From Spirochaetota bacterium (lineage in GTDB: Bacteria; Spirochaetota; UBA4802; UB4802), in the NCBI GenBank assembly GCA_040756435.1, contig JBFLZD010000011.1:7971-71970 (forward strand): DNA of 64,000 nucleotides. The letters are read 5' to 3'. The translations under genes and the position numbers were made by a program. Below the pieces are notes generated by a model. That model saw nothing but the letters and a program-made list of their open reading frames with translations. It did no database searches and had not been told where the DNA came from. Below, one piece after another: positions 41,350-51,067 of the stretch (positions are counted from its first letter, which is position 1; each line of letters opens with the position of its first letter).

Positions 41350-42435
41350 TTATCCATTCCTCTGCATAAAGTGATTCATAAAATCTACCAGTGCCTTAAC
41401 ACCTTCAACGGGCATTGCATTGTAGAGAGATGCTCGTAATCCACCTACCGAGCGGTGCCCCTTTAATCCACTCAAGCCCTCCTTTTCTGCCTCTTTCACA
41501 AACTTATCTTCAAGTTGTTCATTTTGCATACGCCATACTATATTCATCTTTGAGCGGCTATGTTTATCAACGGGGCAATTATAGTACCCATTGCTTGAAT
41601 CAATAGCATTGTAAAGCATTGCAGCTTTTTCGTCACGGCGCTTTTCAATTACCGATAGTCCCCCAATTGATTTAGTCCACCTGAGTGTAAGTGTTGTCAT
41701 CCACACGGTAAACGTTGGCGGTGTATTATACAGTGAATTTTCTTTTGCGTGCAGGTCATACCGTAAATACGCTGGCACATCTTTTCTTGCTTTTTCTACA
41801 AGTTCTTTTTTCATAATAACCAGTGCCATACCTGCCGGTGCCAAATTCTTCTGAGTGCCTGCAAACAGCATGCTTACCTTATCCCACTCCACTGGCCTTG
41901 ACATGATATCCGATGACATGTCAACAATTAATGGTATATTACCGGTACCGGGCATCTGTTGCCACTGTATGCCATCAATGGTTTCATTGGAACAAATATG
42001 CACATACTCAGCACCTGGTGTATACTCTAACTCACTCTGGTCTGGAATACGTCGATATTTTTCAGAAGCCCCATCCCAGATAACCCGAGGATTGCCAATG
42101 AGTTTTGCATCTTCAATGGCTTTCCTTGCCCAGGTCCCCGTTACCACAAAATCCGCAATTTTACCAGGGCCAAGGAATGCTATAGGAATCATACCAAATT
42201 GGAAAGTAGCACCACCCTGTATGAAAAGAATATAGTAATCATCCGGTACCTGTAAAATCTCTTTAATAAGTACTATGGCCTCATTATGTACCTCATCATA
42301 TATTTTGCCACGGTGGCTCATTTCAATAAGAGACATGCCTGTGTTCTTATAATCAACAAGCTCCCTGCTTGCTTCTTCCAGTGCTGGCAACGGTAACATT
42401 GAAGGCCCTGATGAAAAATTATAGATACGTGCCAT
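41350..42435 (-). CDS. serC: Phosphoserine aminotransferase
   Basis: ARIYNFSSGPSMLPLPALEEASREL is the SerC N-terminal signature. The ATG at 42435 has the RBS aaggaga; the ORF track extends to 42498. Confidence 0.85.
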   Translation of the reverse strand: MARIYNFSSGPSMLPLPALEEASRELVDYKNTGMSLIEMSHRGKIYDEVHNEAIVLIKEILQVPDDYYILFIQGGATFQFGMIPIAFLGPGKIADFVVTGTWARKAIEDAKLIGNPRVIWDGASEKYRRIPDQSELEYTPGAEYVHICSNETIDGIQWQQMPGTGNIPLIVDMSSDIMSRPVEWDKVSMLFAGTQKNLAPAGMALVIMKKELVEKARKDVPAYLRYDLHAKENSLYNTPPTFTVWMTTLTLRWTKSIGGLSVIEKRRDEKAAMLYNAIDSSNGYYNCPVDKHSRSKMNIVWRMQNEQLEDKFVKEAEKEGLSGLKGHRSVGGLRASLYNAMPVEGVKALVDFMNHFMQRNG

Positions 42436-42574
42436 GTATTCTATTCTCCTTATAGAAGTATAACTATTCAAAAAGAGGTTATTATTTATAATTATCACAT
42501 TCTACTTGATAAAAATGCTATTGATATGATACTGTTGTAAAAAATCAAGCAAATAAATCCAGAGGGGCTATCCC

Positions 42575-43264
42575 ATGTCAGGAAAACTGTATATTGTTGC
42601 AACACCCATTGGCAATATGGAAGATATTACATTACGAGCTTTACGTATCCTGAAAGATGAAACTGATATAGTCTATTGCGAAGACACACGACAAACAGCA
42701 AAGCTTCTTGCTAATTATGATATACATGTACCCACACGCTCACTGCATACCCATTCAAGCAAGGCAAGGCTACAGAGCATTATTGTGGAATTAGAGTCAG
42801 GCAAAACAATTGCATATCTCACTGATTCTGGTACACCGGGAGTGTCTGATCCAGGTGGGCAACTGGTAGCGCTGGCACGCAAGCACAATATTCCTGTAAT
42901 TCCTATTCCAGGGGCTTCGGCGGTCACAGCTATTATTTCAGTGTGTGGTTTCCCTGCAACGCAATTTTACTTTGCAGGTTTTTTAAGCAAAAAGGAAGGC
43001 AGGCGAAAAAGCCAGTTACAGGAACTATCGCACCTTGATGCTATTATTGTTTTGTACGAATCCCCTTACCGCATCATAAAATTATTGCACGCTATTGCCG
43101 AAGTAATGCCACAGGCTAAAATTTTCATTGGCAGGGAAATGACCAAACATTTTGAGGAATTTATTTATTGCAAGGCAGGAGATGTTGATTCAATTGCTAA
43201 AACGTTAACACAAAAGGGAGAGTTTGTAGTGGCTGTGTATAATCATGGTGAAAAAACTAACTAA
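42575..43264 (+). CDS. rsmI: 16S rRNA (cytidine1402-2'-O)-methyltransferase
   Basis: LYIVATPIGNMEDITLRALRILKDETDIVYCEDTRQTAKLL is the RsmI/tetrapyrrole-methylase N-terminal signature. RBS agagggg. Confidence 0.85.
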   Translation: MSGKLYIVATPIGNMEDITLRALRILKDETDIVYCEDTRQTAKLLANYDIHVPTRSLHTHSSKARLQSIIVELESGKTIAYLTDSGTPGVSDPGGQLVALARKHNIPVIPIPGASAVTAIISVCGFPATQFYFAGFLSKKEGRRKSQLQELSHLDAIIVLYESPYRIIKLLHAIAEVMPQAKIFIGREMTKHFEEFIYCKAGDVDSIAKTLTQKGEFVVAVYNHGEKTN

Positions 43265-43280
43265 TTTTACAATTTTATCT

Positions 43281-43307
43281 TGACAGTATAAAAATGTAAA
43301 TATATTC
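43281..43307 (+). promoter_or_regulatory. Sigma-70-like promoter (TTGACA ... TATATT), possibly giving a leaderless or very short-leader transcript for the AAA ATPase gene
   Basis: TTGACA at 43281-43286 and TATATT at 43302-43307. The ATG is at 43315 and no SD is visible. Confidence 0.3.
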
Positions 43308-43314
43308 TTAATGT

Positions 43315-44517
43315 ATGTATTATTATAGAAAATTAGAAAAAACACTTGCTAAATTCCTTAATATTTTTCCTGCAGTTGCAGTGTGTGGTCCCCGCCAATC
43401 TGGAAAATCCACCATGTTACAGCACCAATTTGGCAAACAATATCGATATGTCACTTTTGACGACCCTTTTATGCGTGAGCGTTTTACTGAAGACCCAAGA
43501 GGGTTTATGAATGAATTTAACAACCGTGTAATTTTTGATGAAGTGCAAAAGGTCCCAGAAATTTTCAATTATCTTAAAATGCGTATAGATGAAAATCGGT
43601 CCTCATATGGAAACTTTATACTTACCGGATCAAGTCAATTTACTATGCTTAAAAATATAACAGAATCATTAGCAGGAAGAATTGGGCTATTAACACTGCT
43701 GCCATTTCAATTTTCTGAAATGCCACAATCTCTTCACAACCAACAGATTATATTTGGAAGCTACCCTGAAAACGTAGTGCGCCACTATTATGGTGTACAC
43801 GAATGGTATGGTGCATATATTACCAACTATATTGAACGCGATGTACGTACTTTATTTAACATAGGAAATTTAAAAGACTTTGAGCGGTTGCTATGGCTTT
43901 TGGCTGCTCATACCGCACAGGAACTTAACATGAATAAAATTGCCAGCGATATTGGTGTTACCGTTAAGACCATTAAATCCTGGATTTCAGTACTTGAAGC
44001 TAGCTTCATAGTTTTTACCATACCTCCCTCCCATTACAATCTTGGTAAAAGAATTGTGAAAAGGCCAAAGATATATTTTTATGACACCGGGCTTATATGC
44101 TATTTAACAGGTATTCATACGCAGGAATTTTTACAAAATGGGCCTTTAGCAGGGCCTATTTTTGAAAATTATATAATGGCTGAATTAAAAAAAATAATAT
44201 CCCACTATAACAAAAATGTAGGTTTATTCTACTATAGAGATAATTCAGGAAATGAAATTGATTGTATAATAGAAGATTTATATAATAATAAAATTTTCCT
44301 TGTTGAAATAAAGTATACCGCTACACCAAAACCTGTTTTTGCAAAAAAATTACAAAAATTATTACATGCACACAAAGAAGCCCTTCCACAAGTACATAGC
44401 AATGCAACTGTATTATGCCAGACAAATGAAAAATTTATTATGAACGATGTACAATTTATGCATTATATGAAATTTTTAGAGGAATTTGAAAACGCTATTT
44501 GTCCACAAGGCTCTTAA
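43315..44517 (+). CDS. AAA+ ATPase with DUF4143 domain (COG1373-type)
   Basis: Walker A VCGPRQSGKSTML and Walker B VIFDEVQKVPE. The C-terminal part resembles DUF4143. 400 aa. Confidence 0.75.
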   Translation: MYYYRKLEKTLAKFLNIFPAVAVCGPRQSGKSTMLQHQFGKQYRYVTFDDPFMRERFTEDPRGFMNEFNNRVIFDEVQKVPEIFNYLKMRIDENRSSYGNFILTGSSQFTMLKNITESLAGRIGLLTLLPFQFSEMPQSLHNQQIIFGSYPENVVRHYYGVHEWYGAYITNYIERDVRTLFNIGNLKDFERLLWLLAAHTAQELNMNKIASDIGVTVKTIKSWISVLEASFIVFTIPPSHYNLGKRIVKRPKIYFYDTGLICYLTGIHTQEFLQNGPLAGPIFENYIMAELKKIISHYNKNVGLFYYRDNSGNEIDCIIEDLYNNKIFLVEIKYTATPKPVFAKKLQKLLHAHKEALPQVHSNATVLCQTNEKFIMNDVQFMHYMKFLEEFENAICPQGS

Positions 44518-44540
44518 CATAAACCGCTCATACAACAAAG

Positions 44541-45608
44541 CTATGTTTGTGCAAATGCAATTATGGCTTTTACAATATCATCAAGGGATAATACCTCTAC
44601 TGCAGCACCCATCTCAACCGCCGCACGGGGCATACCCCACACAATTGATGTTGCCTCATCCTGTGCAATTGTATGGGCACCTGCGTTTTTCATTTCAAGC
44701 AGCCCTGCAGCACCATCCTTGCCCATACCTGTGAGTAGTATTCCTAACGCATTTTTCCCTGCTACTTTTGCCATAGATTTAAACAATACATCGGCAGCAG
44801 GTTTTTGAAAATTTACTCTTTCACCATCATTATACATTGCATATAACGACGCACCTTTACGTTCTATTACAAGATGTATACCGCCAGGAGCAATGTATGC
44901 AGTACCAGCCTGTAATAATTCTTCATCCTCTGCTTCTTTAACGGTTAGCTGGCATATTTCATTTAAACGCTGCGCAAATTGATTGGTAAAATTTACCGGC
45001 ATATGTTGCACAACCAGTATTGGCGGTAGATGTTGAGGTAAGCGTTCAAATATATATTCTATAGCAACAGTACCTCCAGTTGAAGCACCAATAGCTATAA
45101 CTTTATCAGTTGTTATAACCTGCGATAGTACAGGTTTTTTAATTGCTTTTTTTTCTTTAACAAGCTTTGGCGATAATTCTTTCCACTTCTTTAAAAAAGT
45201 ATTTCGGTTAAAATAGGCATTCCGTATTTTTAATAGAATCTCATTGGTAACTTCTTCAACCGATAAGCTGCCACCTGGCTTATTAACAATATCATACGCG
45301 CCTAACTCAAGCGCTTTTATTGCTGCAAACTTATCGTTGGTAGTAATGGAACTTACAATGATAACAGGCATTGGATAATATTGCATCAATCTTTCAAGAA
45401 ATGTTAATCCGTCCATACGTGGCATTTCAATATCAAGGGTGATAACATCGGGATTAAGGCGTACAATTTTATCCCGTGCAATAAACGGATCAGGGGCTGT
45501 GCCAACAAGCTCCATATCATCCTGCTTTTCAATTATTGATGCAATAATATCACGAACTATTGCAGAATCATCAACTACCAGTACTTTTATCCTTTCACTT
45601 TCAAACAT
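44541..45608 (-). CDS. cheB: Chemotaxis response regulator protein-glutamate methylesterase
   Basis: REC domain (VLVVDDSAIVRD...DIEMPRMDG) plus the methylesterase domain (GASTGG...). ATG at 45608; the ORF track starts at TTG 45623. Confidence 0.85.
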   Translation of the reverse strand: MFESERIKVLVVDDSAIVRDIIASIIEKQDDMELVGTAPDPFIARDKIVRLNPDVITLDIEMPRMDGLTFLERLMQYYPMPVIIVSSITTNDKFAAIKALELGAYDIVNKPGGSLSVEEVTNEILLKIRNAYFNRNTFLKKWKELSPKLVKEKKAIKKPVLSQVITTDKVIAIGASTGGTVAIEYIFERLPQHLPPILVVQHMPVNFTNQFAQRLNEICQLTVKEAEDEELLQAGTAYIAPGGIHLVIERKGASLYAMYNDGERVNFQKPAADVLFKSMAKVAGKNALGILLTGMGKDGAAGLLEMKNAGAHTIAQDEATSIVWGMPRAAVEMGAAVEVLSLDDIVKAIIAFAQT

Positions 45609-45619
45609 AGTTGTACCTT

Positions 45620-46117
45620 TCAAAAATTAGGATTGTATAAATCCTCAATGGTGATTTGTTCTAATGTTTGTACTATTATTTTATTTGTCCGGGTATTAAA
45701 ATGTACCCTTTTTCCATGATCACCCCCAGTATACATCTGTTTAATTAAGATTTTTTCTTTCCTCAGTATTGTAGTTGCAATATCAACGTTTTTATCACCA
45801 ATAAAAAATATTTCTCGTTCATCAAATATGATAAACGCACCACCACAAATTGAGGCAACTAAGTCTTCACGTCTGCTGTTATTTTCTTTCAAAAATTTAT
45901 ACAACAACACATAGATAGCAACATCCCCATACTTTGTACTGCTTTGCTCATCACTGGGTGCCTGGGGTAACAAATAATGACACATACCTCCATATCTATG
46001 CGTTTTATCATAAATTGCAACTGCAACGCAACTACCCAATACTGTCTTTATTACTATTGGCCTTTTTGAAAAGATGAGCTCTCCTGGATTTAAAAAGTAT
46101 TCCTGCAACTCTTCCAT
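45620..46117 (-). CDS. cheD: Chemoreceptor glutamine deamidase
   Basis: VLGSCVAVAIYDKTHRYGGMCHYLLP has the conserved Cys-His of CheD. 165 aa. RBS aggagag. Confidence 0.8.
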   Translation of the reverse strand: MEELQEYFLNPGELIFSKRPIVIKTVLGSCVAVAIYDKTHRYGGMCHYLLPQAPSDEQSSTKYGDVAIYVLLYKFLKENNSRREDLVASICGGAFIIFDEREIFFIGDKNVDIATTILRKEKILIKQMYTGGDHGKRVHFNTRTNKIIVQTLEQITIEDLYNPNF

Positions 46118-46125
46118 GTACTCTC

Positions 46126-46953
46126 CTACTCAACCTTCTGGTATATAGAGTGTGGCAATTGGTGAAATGTATGCCGTATTCCCACCAAACTTTCAGATAA
46201 TCCTAAAATTAAATATCCACCTGGTTTTACATATTCATAAATTTTTGATAATATGATTTCTTTTTCAGTATTATCAAAATAAATGAGGACATTACGCAAA
46301 AACACAATATCAAATAACTTATTAAAGGGATAATCATCCATTAAATTTAAGAATCTAACCTGTACCAAATTTTTTATTTCTTCTTTTACGGTAAATGTTT
46401 TTTTTACCTTATCAAAATGAAAATATCGCTTTAAAAGATGATCCTCAATGTTTCCACGGATTTTAGAATAATGGTACACTCCTTCATTGGCAAAAGTAAG
46501 TACGTTTAACGATATATCGGTTGCTAAAATTTTAATATCATAAGTATGCAATAATTTACCCAACACTTCATAACATACTATTGCCATGCTGTATGCTTCT
46601 TCACCTGTGGAACATCCTGCACTCCATAAACGTATATACTGCTGTGTATGATAGTTATTTTTTATATATTCTTTCACAAATTCAAAGTGGTATTCTTCCC
46701 TAAAAAAATACGTATAATTGGTTGTGAGTAAGTTAACAAATTGAATACGCAGATTGCCTTTTGTATCATCCAATAATGCCCTGTATAAGCTTTCGTAATC
46801 TTTAAATTCTTTATCAGGACCAACTACTTTACATAACCTGTATTCAACAAGGTATTTTTTATAATCTTTTAGTGAAATACCTGCCAGTTCATAAAAAAGA
46901 TTTACAAATTTTTTAAATAGTTCATCCGAAAGATGTGCATCATGCATTTTCAT
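46126..46953 (-). CDS. cheR: Chemotaxis protein methyltransferase
   Basis: LRIWSAGCSTGEEAYSMAI is the CheR SAM-binding region. 275 aa. Confidence 0.85.
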   Translation of the reverse strand: MKMHDAHLSDELFKKFVNLFYELAGISLKDYKKYLVEYRLCKVVGPDKEFKDYESLYRALLDDTKGNLRIQFVNLLTTNYTYFFREEYHFEFVKEYIKNNYHTQQYIRLWSAGCSTGEEAYSMAIVCYEVLGKLLHTYDIKILATDISLNVLTFANEGVYHYSKIRGNIEDHLLKRYFHFDKVKKTFTVKEEIKNLVQVRFLNLMDDYPFNKLFDIVFLRNVLIYFDNTEKEIILSKIYEYVKPGGYLILGLSESLVGIRHTFHQLPHSIYQKVE

Positions 46954-46959
46954 GGGATA

Positions 46960-48417
46960 TCAAAACAATATAACATCACCTTGTTTGTGCTCGTCTTCAT
47001 CCAATTCTTTATGCAAATACTTTTTATACAATTTCTTTAAAAATTCACGTTCATCTGCGGTAGTAATGAGGCTTTCTAGTAGTTTAAATGAATCTATGCG
47101 ATATTCACATTGAACACCCTGGCATACTTTATGCTCACGTATTAGTTTTTGTATTGTATTGTTAACTTTATGCAACATAATATTTGTAAATTTATCCCTG
47201 TGATCCATCTCTTCCTTTATTATAACCAGCTTCTGTATATCCTCAAATTGCTTGAATAAATTCCCCTTTACACCTTCATCCTGCGTAATTAAAGCTTTTG
47301 AAACATTATCAACTAATCTGGTAAACTGGTCAATATTCTCTTCATATTCTTTAATCATCTTTTCTGACAAATTTATAAATTCCTGAATTTGAGCAAGGGC
47401 ATCCTGTTCTTCTTTCTTTTTTTCTTCTATTGTATTTAAATTTTGTTCTATTGTTTTTTTCATTGGCTCAAAAAACTTGATAGTTTGCTCTGAAAATGTG
47501 TGTAACTCCTTTGCAATAATTGCAAATACATTATTGCCGGTAAGCTTATTTGCCTCAATGCTCATATTAAGCGAAAGTATATTTATTTTATCAGTAATTT
47601 CTTCTACCTGCACCATTATTTCTTTTATAAACTGGAATGTCTGGCTTACCGTGGAAAGGTATTGTGCAAAGGATTCCTGGGTATTGCGCATTTTTGCATA
47701 AAAGCCTATCATCTGGTCATATTGCACTGCTCTTTTATCTTTAAAGCCTTTTAAAATTTCAAGAACATACTGCACATACTCAATACTCTCGGCCTGTATC
47801 TTTTGCAATAACTGTATGGAATCTTTAACAAGTTCAAAAGATGATGTAAAACGGGTATCAATAAACTCATTCCACTCTTCAGCTATTAAAAGGGGTAATT
47901 TAGTTGGGCATAAAGTTTCTAATTGTTGATATAATGATATTAATTTTCTATGGTATTCATATATAATTACCAACAAACCACAGATTATTTCTTTATATAT
48001 ATATTCATAATATTCATATATTGTACCATTGTTAATTTTACCTGGTAATGAAGATTTTAATTCAATATTTTTTATGGTGCTATCTGTTTCAGTTACAAGT
48101 TTTTGAACATCCTCACAGCATATAGTATTATTCATATCATTAATTTTGTCATGAGCCAGCTCAAAAATTTCATTAATAGCTTTGGCATGAGCAGTTTCTA
48201 TTATTTTATTAATAGTGCTAACAATATTTTTTTTGCTTTTACTGCTTATTGTATATTGCAGAAAAACAAGCACACATAGAAAACTATTGCCTGCAAATAG
48301 TATATACAGTAACAGTTTTAATGGATATACTATGCATAGTATAGCAATACCAATACTTATTACAAGGCACACAATAATTGTATAATAGAGTATGCTCTCA
48401 ATCTTTTCTAAATTCAT
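46960..48417 (-). CDS. Divergent methyl-accepting-chemotaxis-like protein (two N-terminal TM helices and a degenerate signalling-tip motif)
   Basis: INILSLNMSIEANKLTGNNVFAIIAKELHTFSEQT aligns to the canonical MCP tip [33 protein letters not shown]. The R-A-G-E-Q-G-R-G residues are replaced and the region is one residue shorter. It lies between the canonical MCP and cheR. Confidence 0.5.
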   Translation of the reverse strand: MNLEKIESILYYTIIVCLVISIGIAILCIVYPLKLLLYILFAGNSFLCVLVFLQYTISSKSKKNIVSTINKIIETAHAKAINEIFELAHDKINDMNNTICCEDVQKLVTETDSTIKNIELKSSLPGKINNGTIYEYYEYIYKEIICGLLVIIYEYHRKLISLYQQLETLCPTKLPLLIAEEWNEFIDTRFTSSFELVKDSIQLLQKIQAESIEYVQYVLEILKGFKDKRAVQYDQMIGFYAKMRNTQESFAQYLSTVSQTFQFIKEIMVQVEEITDKINILSLNMSIEANKLTGNNVFAIIAKELHTFSEQTIKFFEPMKKTIEQNLNTIEEKKKEEQDALAQIQEFINLSEKMIKEYEENIDQFTRLVDNVSKALITQDEGVKGNLFKQFEDIQKLVIIKEEMDHRDKFTNIMLHKVNNTIQKLIREHKVCQGVQCEYRIDSFKLLESLITTADEREFLKKLYKKYLHKELDEDEHKQGDVILF

Positions 48418-48534
48418 GCAATACCATTATTTTTATATAAATTTCACATCAAAACGGGGCTCATTTAAATGCTTTTAATCACTAAGACATTTTTAAAAGC
48501 CCCGTTATTTTGCCAGTAACTATCACTATCTCAA

Positions 48535-50145
48535 TTAAAAGTCTTTAAAATCATTGAGTGGTATTTTGTCCTCAGGCTTTATAAGCTCAACATCCTTATC
48601 ACCTTCTTTGGGTTTGGCCTTCATCTTATCTATTGCTTCATGAACCTTATGAGCCTTTGAAGTGAGGTCACTTGACTTCTTTTCATCAGCACTCTTTACA
48701 ATTATATTCTTGATTGCTTTTTCTCCCATCACCACTGAATTTAATTCCATTACCGCTTCACGCTGACTTTCTACCTGGCTTAACATCTCTTCGCTGCTGG
48801 AAGCTGTTTCCTCAGATGATGCAGCCAATTGCTGTACCACACTGTTTACCTGTGAAATTGCCTTGGTTACTTGATTTGAGCCCTTTGCCTGTTCCTTGGA
48901 TGCCCTGGTAATCTCATCAAGTAAAACATTTACCTTTTCAGCCCGTGATACTACATCATTAAAACTGGTTACCACTATATCAGTTTTGCTTGCCCCACTT
49001 TCAATATCCTGATTGATCATATCTATTAAATCCGATGTTTCTCTGGCCGAATCTGCACTTTTTTGTGCAAGTGACTTTACCTGCTCGGCAACCACGGCAA
49101 AACCACGGCCCACATCACCCGCACGAGCGGCCTCAACAGCAGCATTAAGTGCAAGTATATTGGTTTGAAATGCTATATCATCTATTGCTTTGTTTATTTT
49201 TATAATCTTCTTTGAGCTTTCACCAATGGTATTCATAATCTTTTGTAGCTCTGTAGAATGCTCCTGGGCACCTTTTGCTGTTTGCATGGTTTCTTTCATT
49301 AAAATTTCGGCCTCGTTTACATTTTTGGTATTGGATTCTATTATTGACTGTAACTCTTCCATACTGCTGGTTATCTCCTCTACCGAGCTTGCAAGCTCGC
49401 TTGCGCCACTGGACAATTCCTGGCTTGCTGATGCTACCTGGTTTGCTGCTTTTTCTAAATTATCAGATGATGTAGAAAGATTGTTGGAAACATTGTTTAT
49501 TGGTTTTACTATAATATTTGAAATAATAATACTTAAGGCAATAGAAAGTCCAACACCTATAATCATTAGTATTATTATTACAGAGCTATAAAACTTAATA
49601 TCCTCTTTTAATGTTTCCCTTTCAGATTTTACTTTTTCTTCCACCTTTTTCACTATACCATCAACTAAGCTTAATATTTCTGATAAATGTAATTGAACTT
49701 CCGAAGCATAATATTCGATTGCTGATTTTCTATCGCCCTTTTTCAAAAAAGCTTCAATTTTTTCAACATCCTTGTGCAATAAGGTATGGGGTTTTTCTAA
49801 TTGATTAAGGTCTTCTTTTATTTCTGGAATTATATTTTCCAATCTACGTCTATTTTCACCGTAATACCATTTTCCAAGACCACATTGTGTTGGATCTTTT
49901 TCCACTTTTATTTCTATAATATTTTCGTTACGCTGAAATTCTCCTACTTTATTACGAAAAAGCAAATGATCAATTTTCTTTTGCAACAATTCTTTCGAAT
50001 CCTGAATCAATTCAATATTATGATTCATTTCATTTACCAGACTAGAAGAATTGTTCAAGTTAATAACTATCAATATTACAAATAACATCGTGACGGATAT
50101 GAAACTTATTATTAATTTAACTCGCAAGTTTATATTTCGTAACAT
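48535..50145 (-). CDS. Methyl-accepting chemotaxis protein
   Basis: Canonical tip [40 protein letters not shown]. Two TM helices flank a sensor region that contains a C-x2-G-x-W motif ([10 protein letters not shown]). ATG at 50145 with RBS ggagga; the ORF track uses TTG 50157. Confidence 0.85.
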   Translation of the reverse strand: MLRNINLRVKLIISFISVTMLFVILIVINLNNSSSLVNEMNHNIELIQDSKELLQKKIDHLLFRNKVGEFQRNENIIEIKVEKDPTQCGLGKWYYGENRRRLENIIPEIKEDLNQLEKPHTLLHKDVEKIEAFLKKGDRKSAIEYYASEVQLHLSEILSLVDGIVKKVEEKVKSERETLKEDIKFYSSVIIILMIIGVGLSIALSIIISNIIVKPINNVSNNLSTSSDNLEKAANQVASASQELSSGASELASSVEEITSSMEELQSIIESNTKNVNEAEILMKETMQTAKGAQEHSTELQKIMNTIGESSKKIIKINKAIDDIAFQTNILALNAAVEAARAGDVGRGFAVVAEQVKSLAQKSADSARETSDLIDMINQDIESGASKTDIVVTSFNDVVSRAEKVNVLLDEITRASKEQAKGSNQVTKAISQVNSVVQQLAASSEETASSSEEMLSQVESQREAVMELNSVVMGEKAIKNIIVKSADEKKSSDLTSKAHKVHEAIDKMKAKPKEGDKDVELIKPEDKIPLNDFKDF

Positions 50146-50181
50146 AGAATCCTCCAATAATAAATTTATAAATTATATTAT

Positions 50182-50661
50182 TTATACACTCTCTACCTTC
50201 TCAGCAATCTCTACAACCTCTTCGGTGGCCAATATATTATCTAGATTCAATATCATAACCATTGAATCCTGTAATTGTATAATGCCCTGCAAATATTTAC
50301 TTTTAAACTTGAACCCCACCTCAGGGGTTTTTTCAATTTTATCCTCAGGTATTTCTACCACATCCTGAACTGCATCAACAACAAGCCCCACATGATACAC
50401 GTCCTTAGCGGTAACAATATCCACTATAATAAATATTGTACGCTCGGTATACTCCTTTGCTGGCAGGCCAAATTTTAAACGCATATCTATTATGGGTATT
50501 ATTCTGCCCCGCAAATTAATAACACCTTTTAAAAATTCTGAAGCTTCATGCAACCCTGTTATTGGCACATAGCTAATAACTTCCTGCACTTTGGCAATAG
50601 GTATTGCATAGCGTTCGGCTTCTAACCTGAATATTAAATATTTATTGGTTCCACCCTCCAT
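50182..50661 (-). CDS. cheW: Chemotaxis coupling protein CheW
   Basis: A single CheW domain (YLIFRLEAERYAIPIAKVQEV...). The ATG at 50661 has a perfect RBS aaggaggtg; the ORF track starts at 50691. Confidence 0.85.
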   Translation of the reverse strand: MEGGTNKYLIFRLEAERYAIPIAKVQEVISYVPITGLHEASEFLKGVINLRGRIIPIIDMRLKFGLPAKEYTERTIFIIVDIVTAKDVYHVGLVVDAVQDVVEIPEDKIEKTPEVGFKFKSKYLQGIIQLQDSMVMILNLDNILATEEVVEIAEKVESV

Positions 50662-50677
50662 GTGCACCTCCTTTTGC

Positions 50678-51046
50678 TTATTGTGATACATACATCTGTA
50701 CTACTTTAATAAACTTTTCTGCCTCAAAGGGTTTTACTATCCATCCGGTTGCACCATACTCTTTTGCTTTCACTATTTTTTCTTTGTCGGTCTCAGTAGT
50801 GAGCATTATGATAGGTGTAGTGGCATCAAACGCCCGTACTTCTTTTACTAAAGTTATGCCATCCATTTTTGGCATATTGACATCAAATATACAAAGGGCA
50901 ATATTACCTTTATTATTTTTTATTACCTCCAGCCCTTCCTGCCCGTCTTTTGCTCTCAATATATCCTCATAACCATACATCTTTAATGCCTGGGTCACTA
51001 TATCCAGTATCACATCCGAATCATCTACCAGTACTATTTTTTTCAT
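50678..51046 (-). CDS. cheY: Chemotaxis response regulator CheY
   Basis: KIVLVDDSDVIL...FDVNMPKMDG...GWIVKPF is a single REC domain. ATG at 51046 with RBS gggaggt. Confidence 0.85.
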   Translation of the reverse strand: MKKIVLVDDSDVILDIVTQALKMYGYEDILRAKDGQEGLEVIKNNKGNIALCIFDVNMPKMDGITLVKEVRAFDATTPIIMLTTETDKEKIVKAKEYGATGWIVKPFEAEKFIKVVQMYVSQ

Positions 51047-51067
51047 AAAATGACCTCCCAAAAAATA

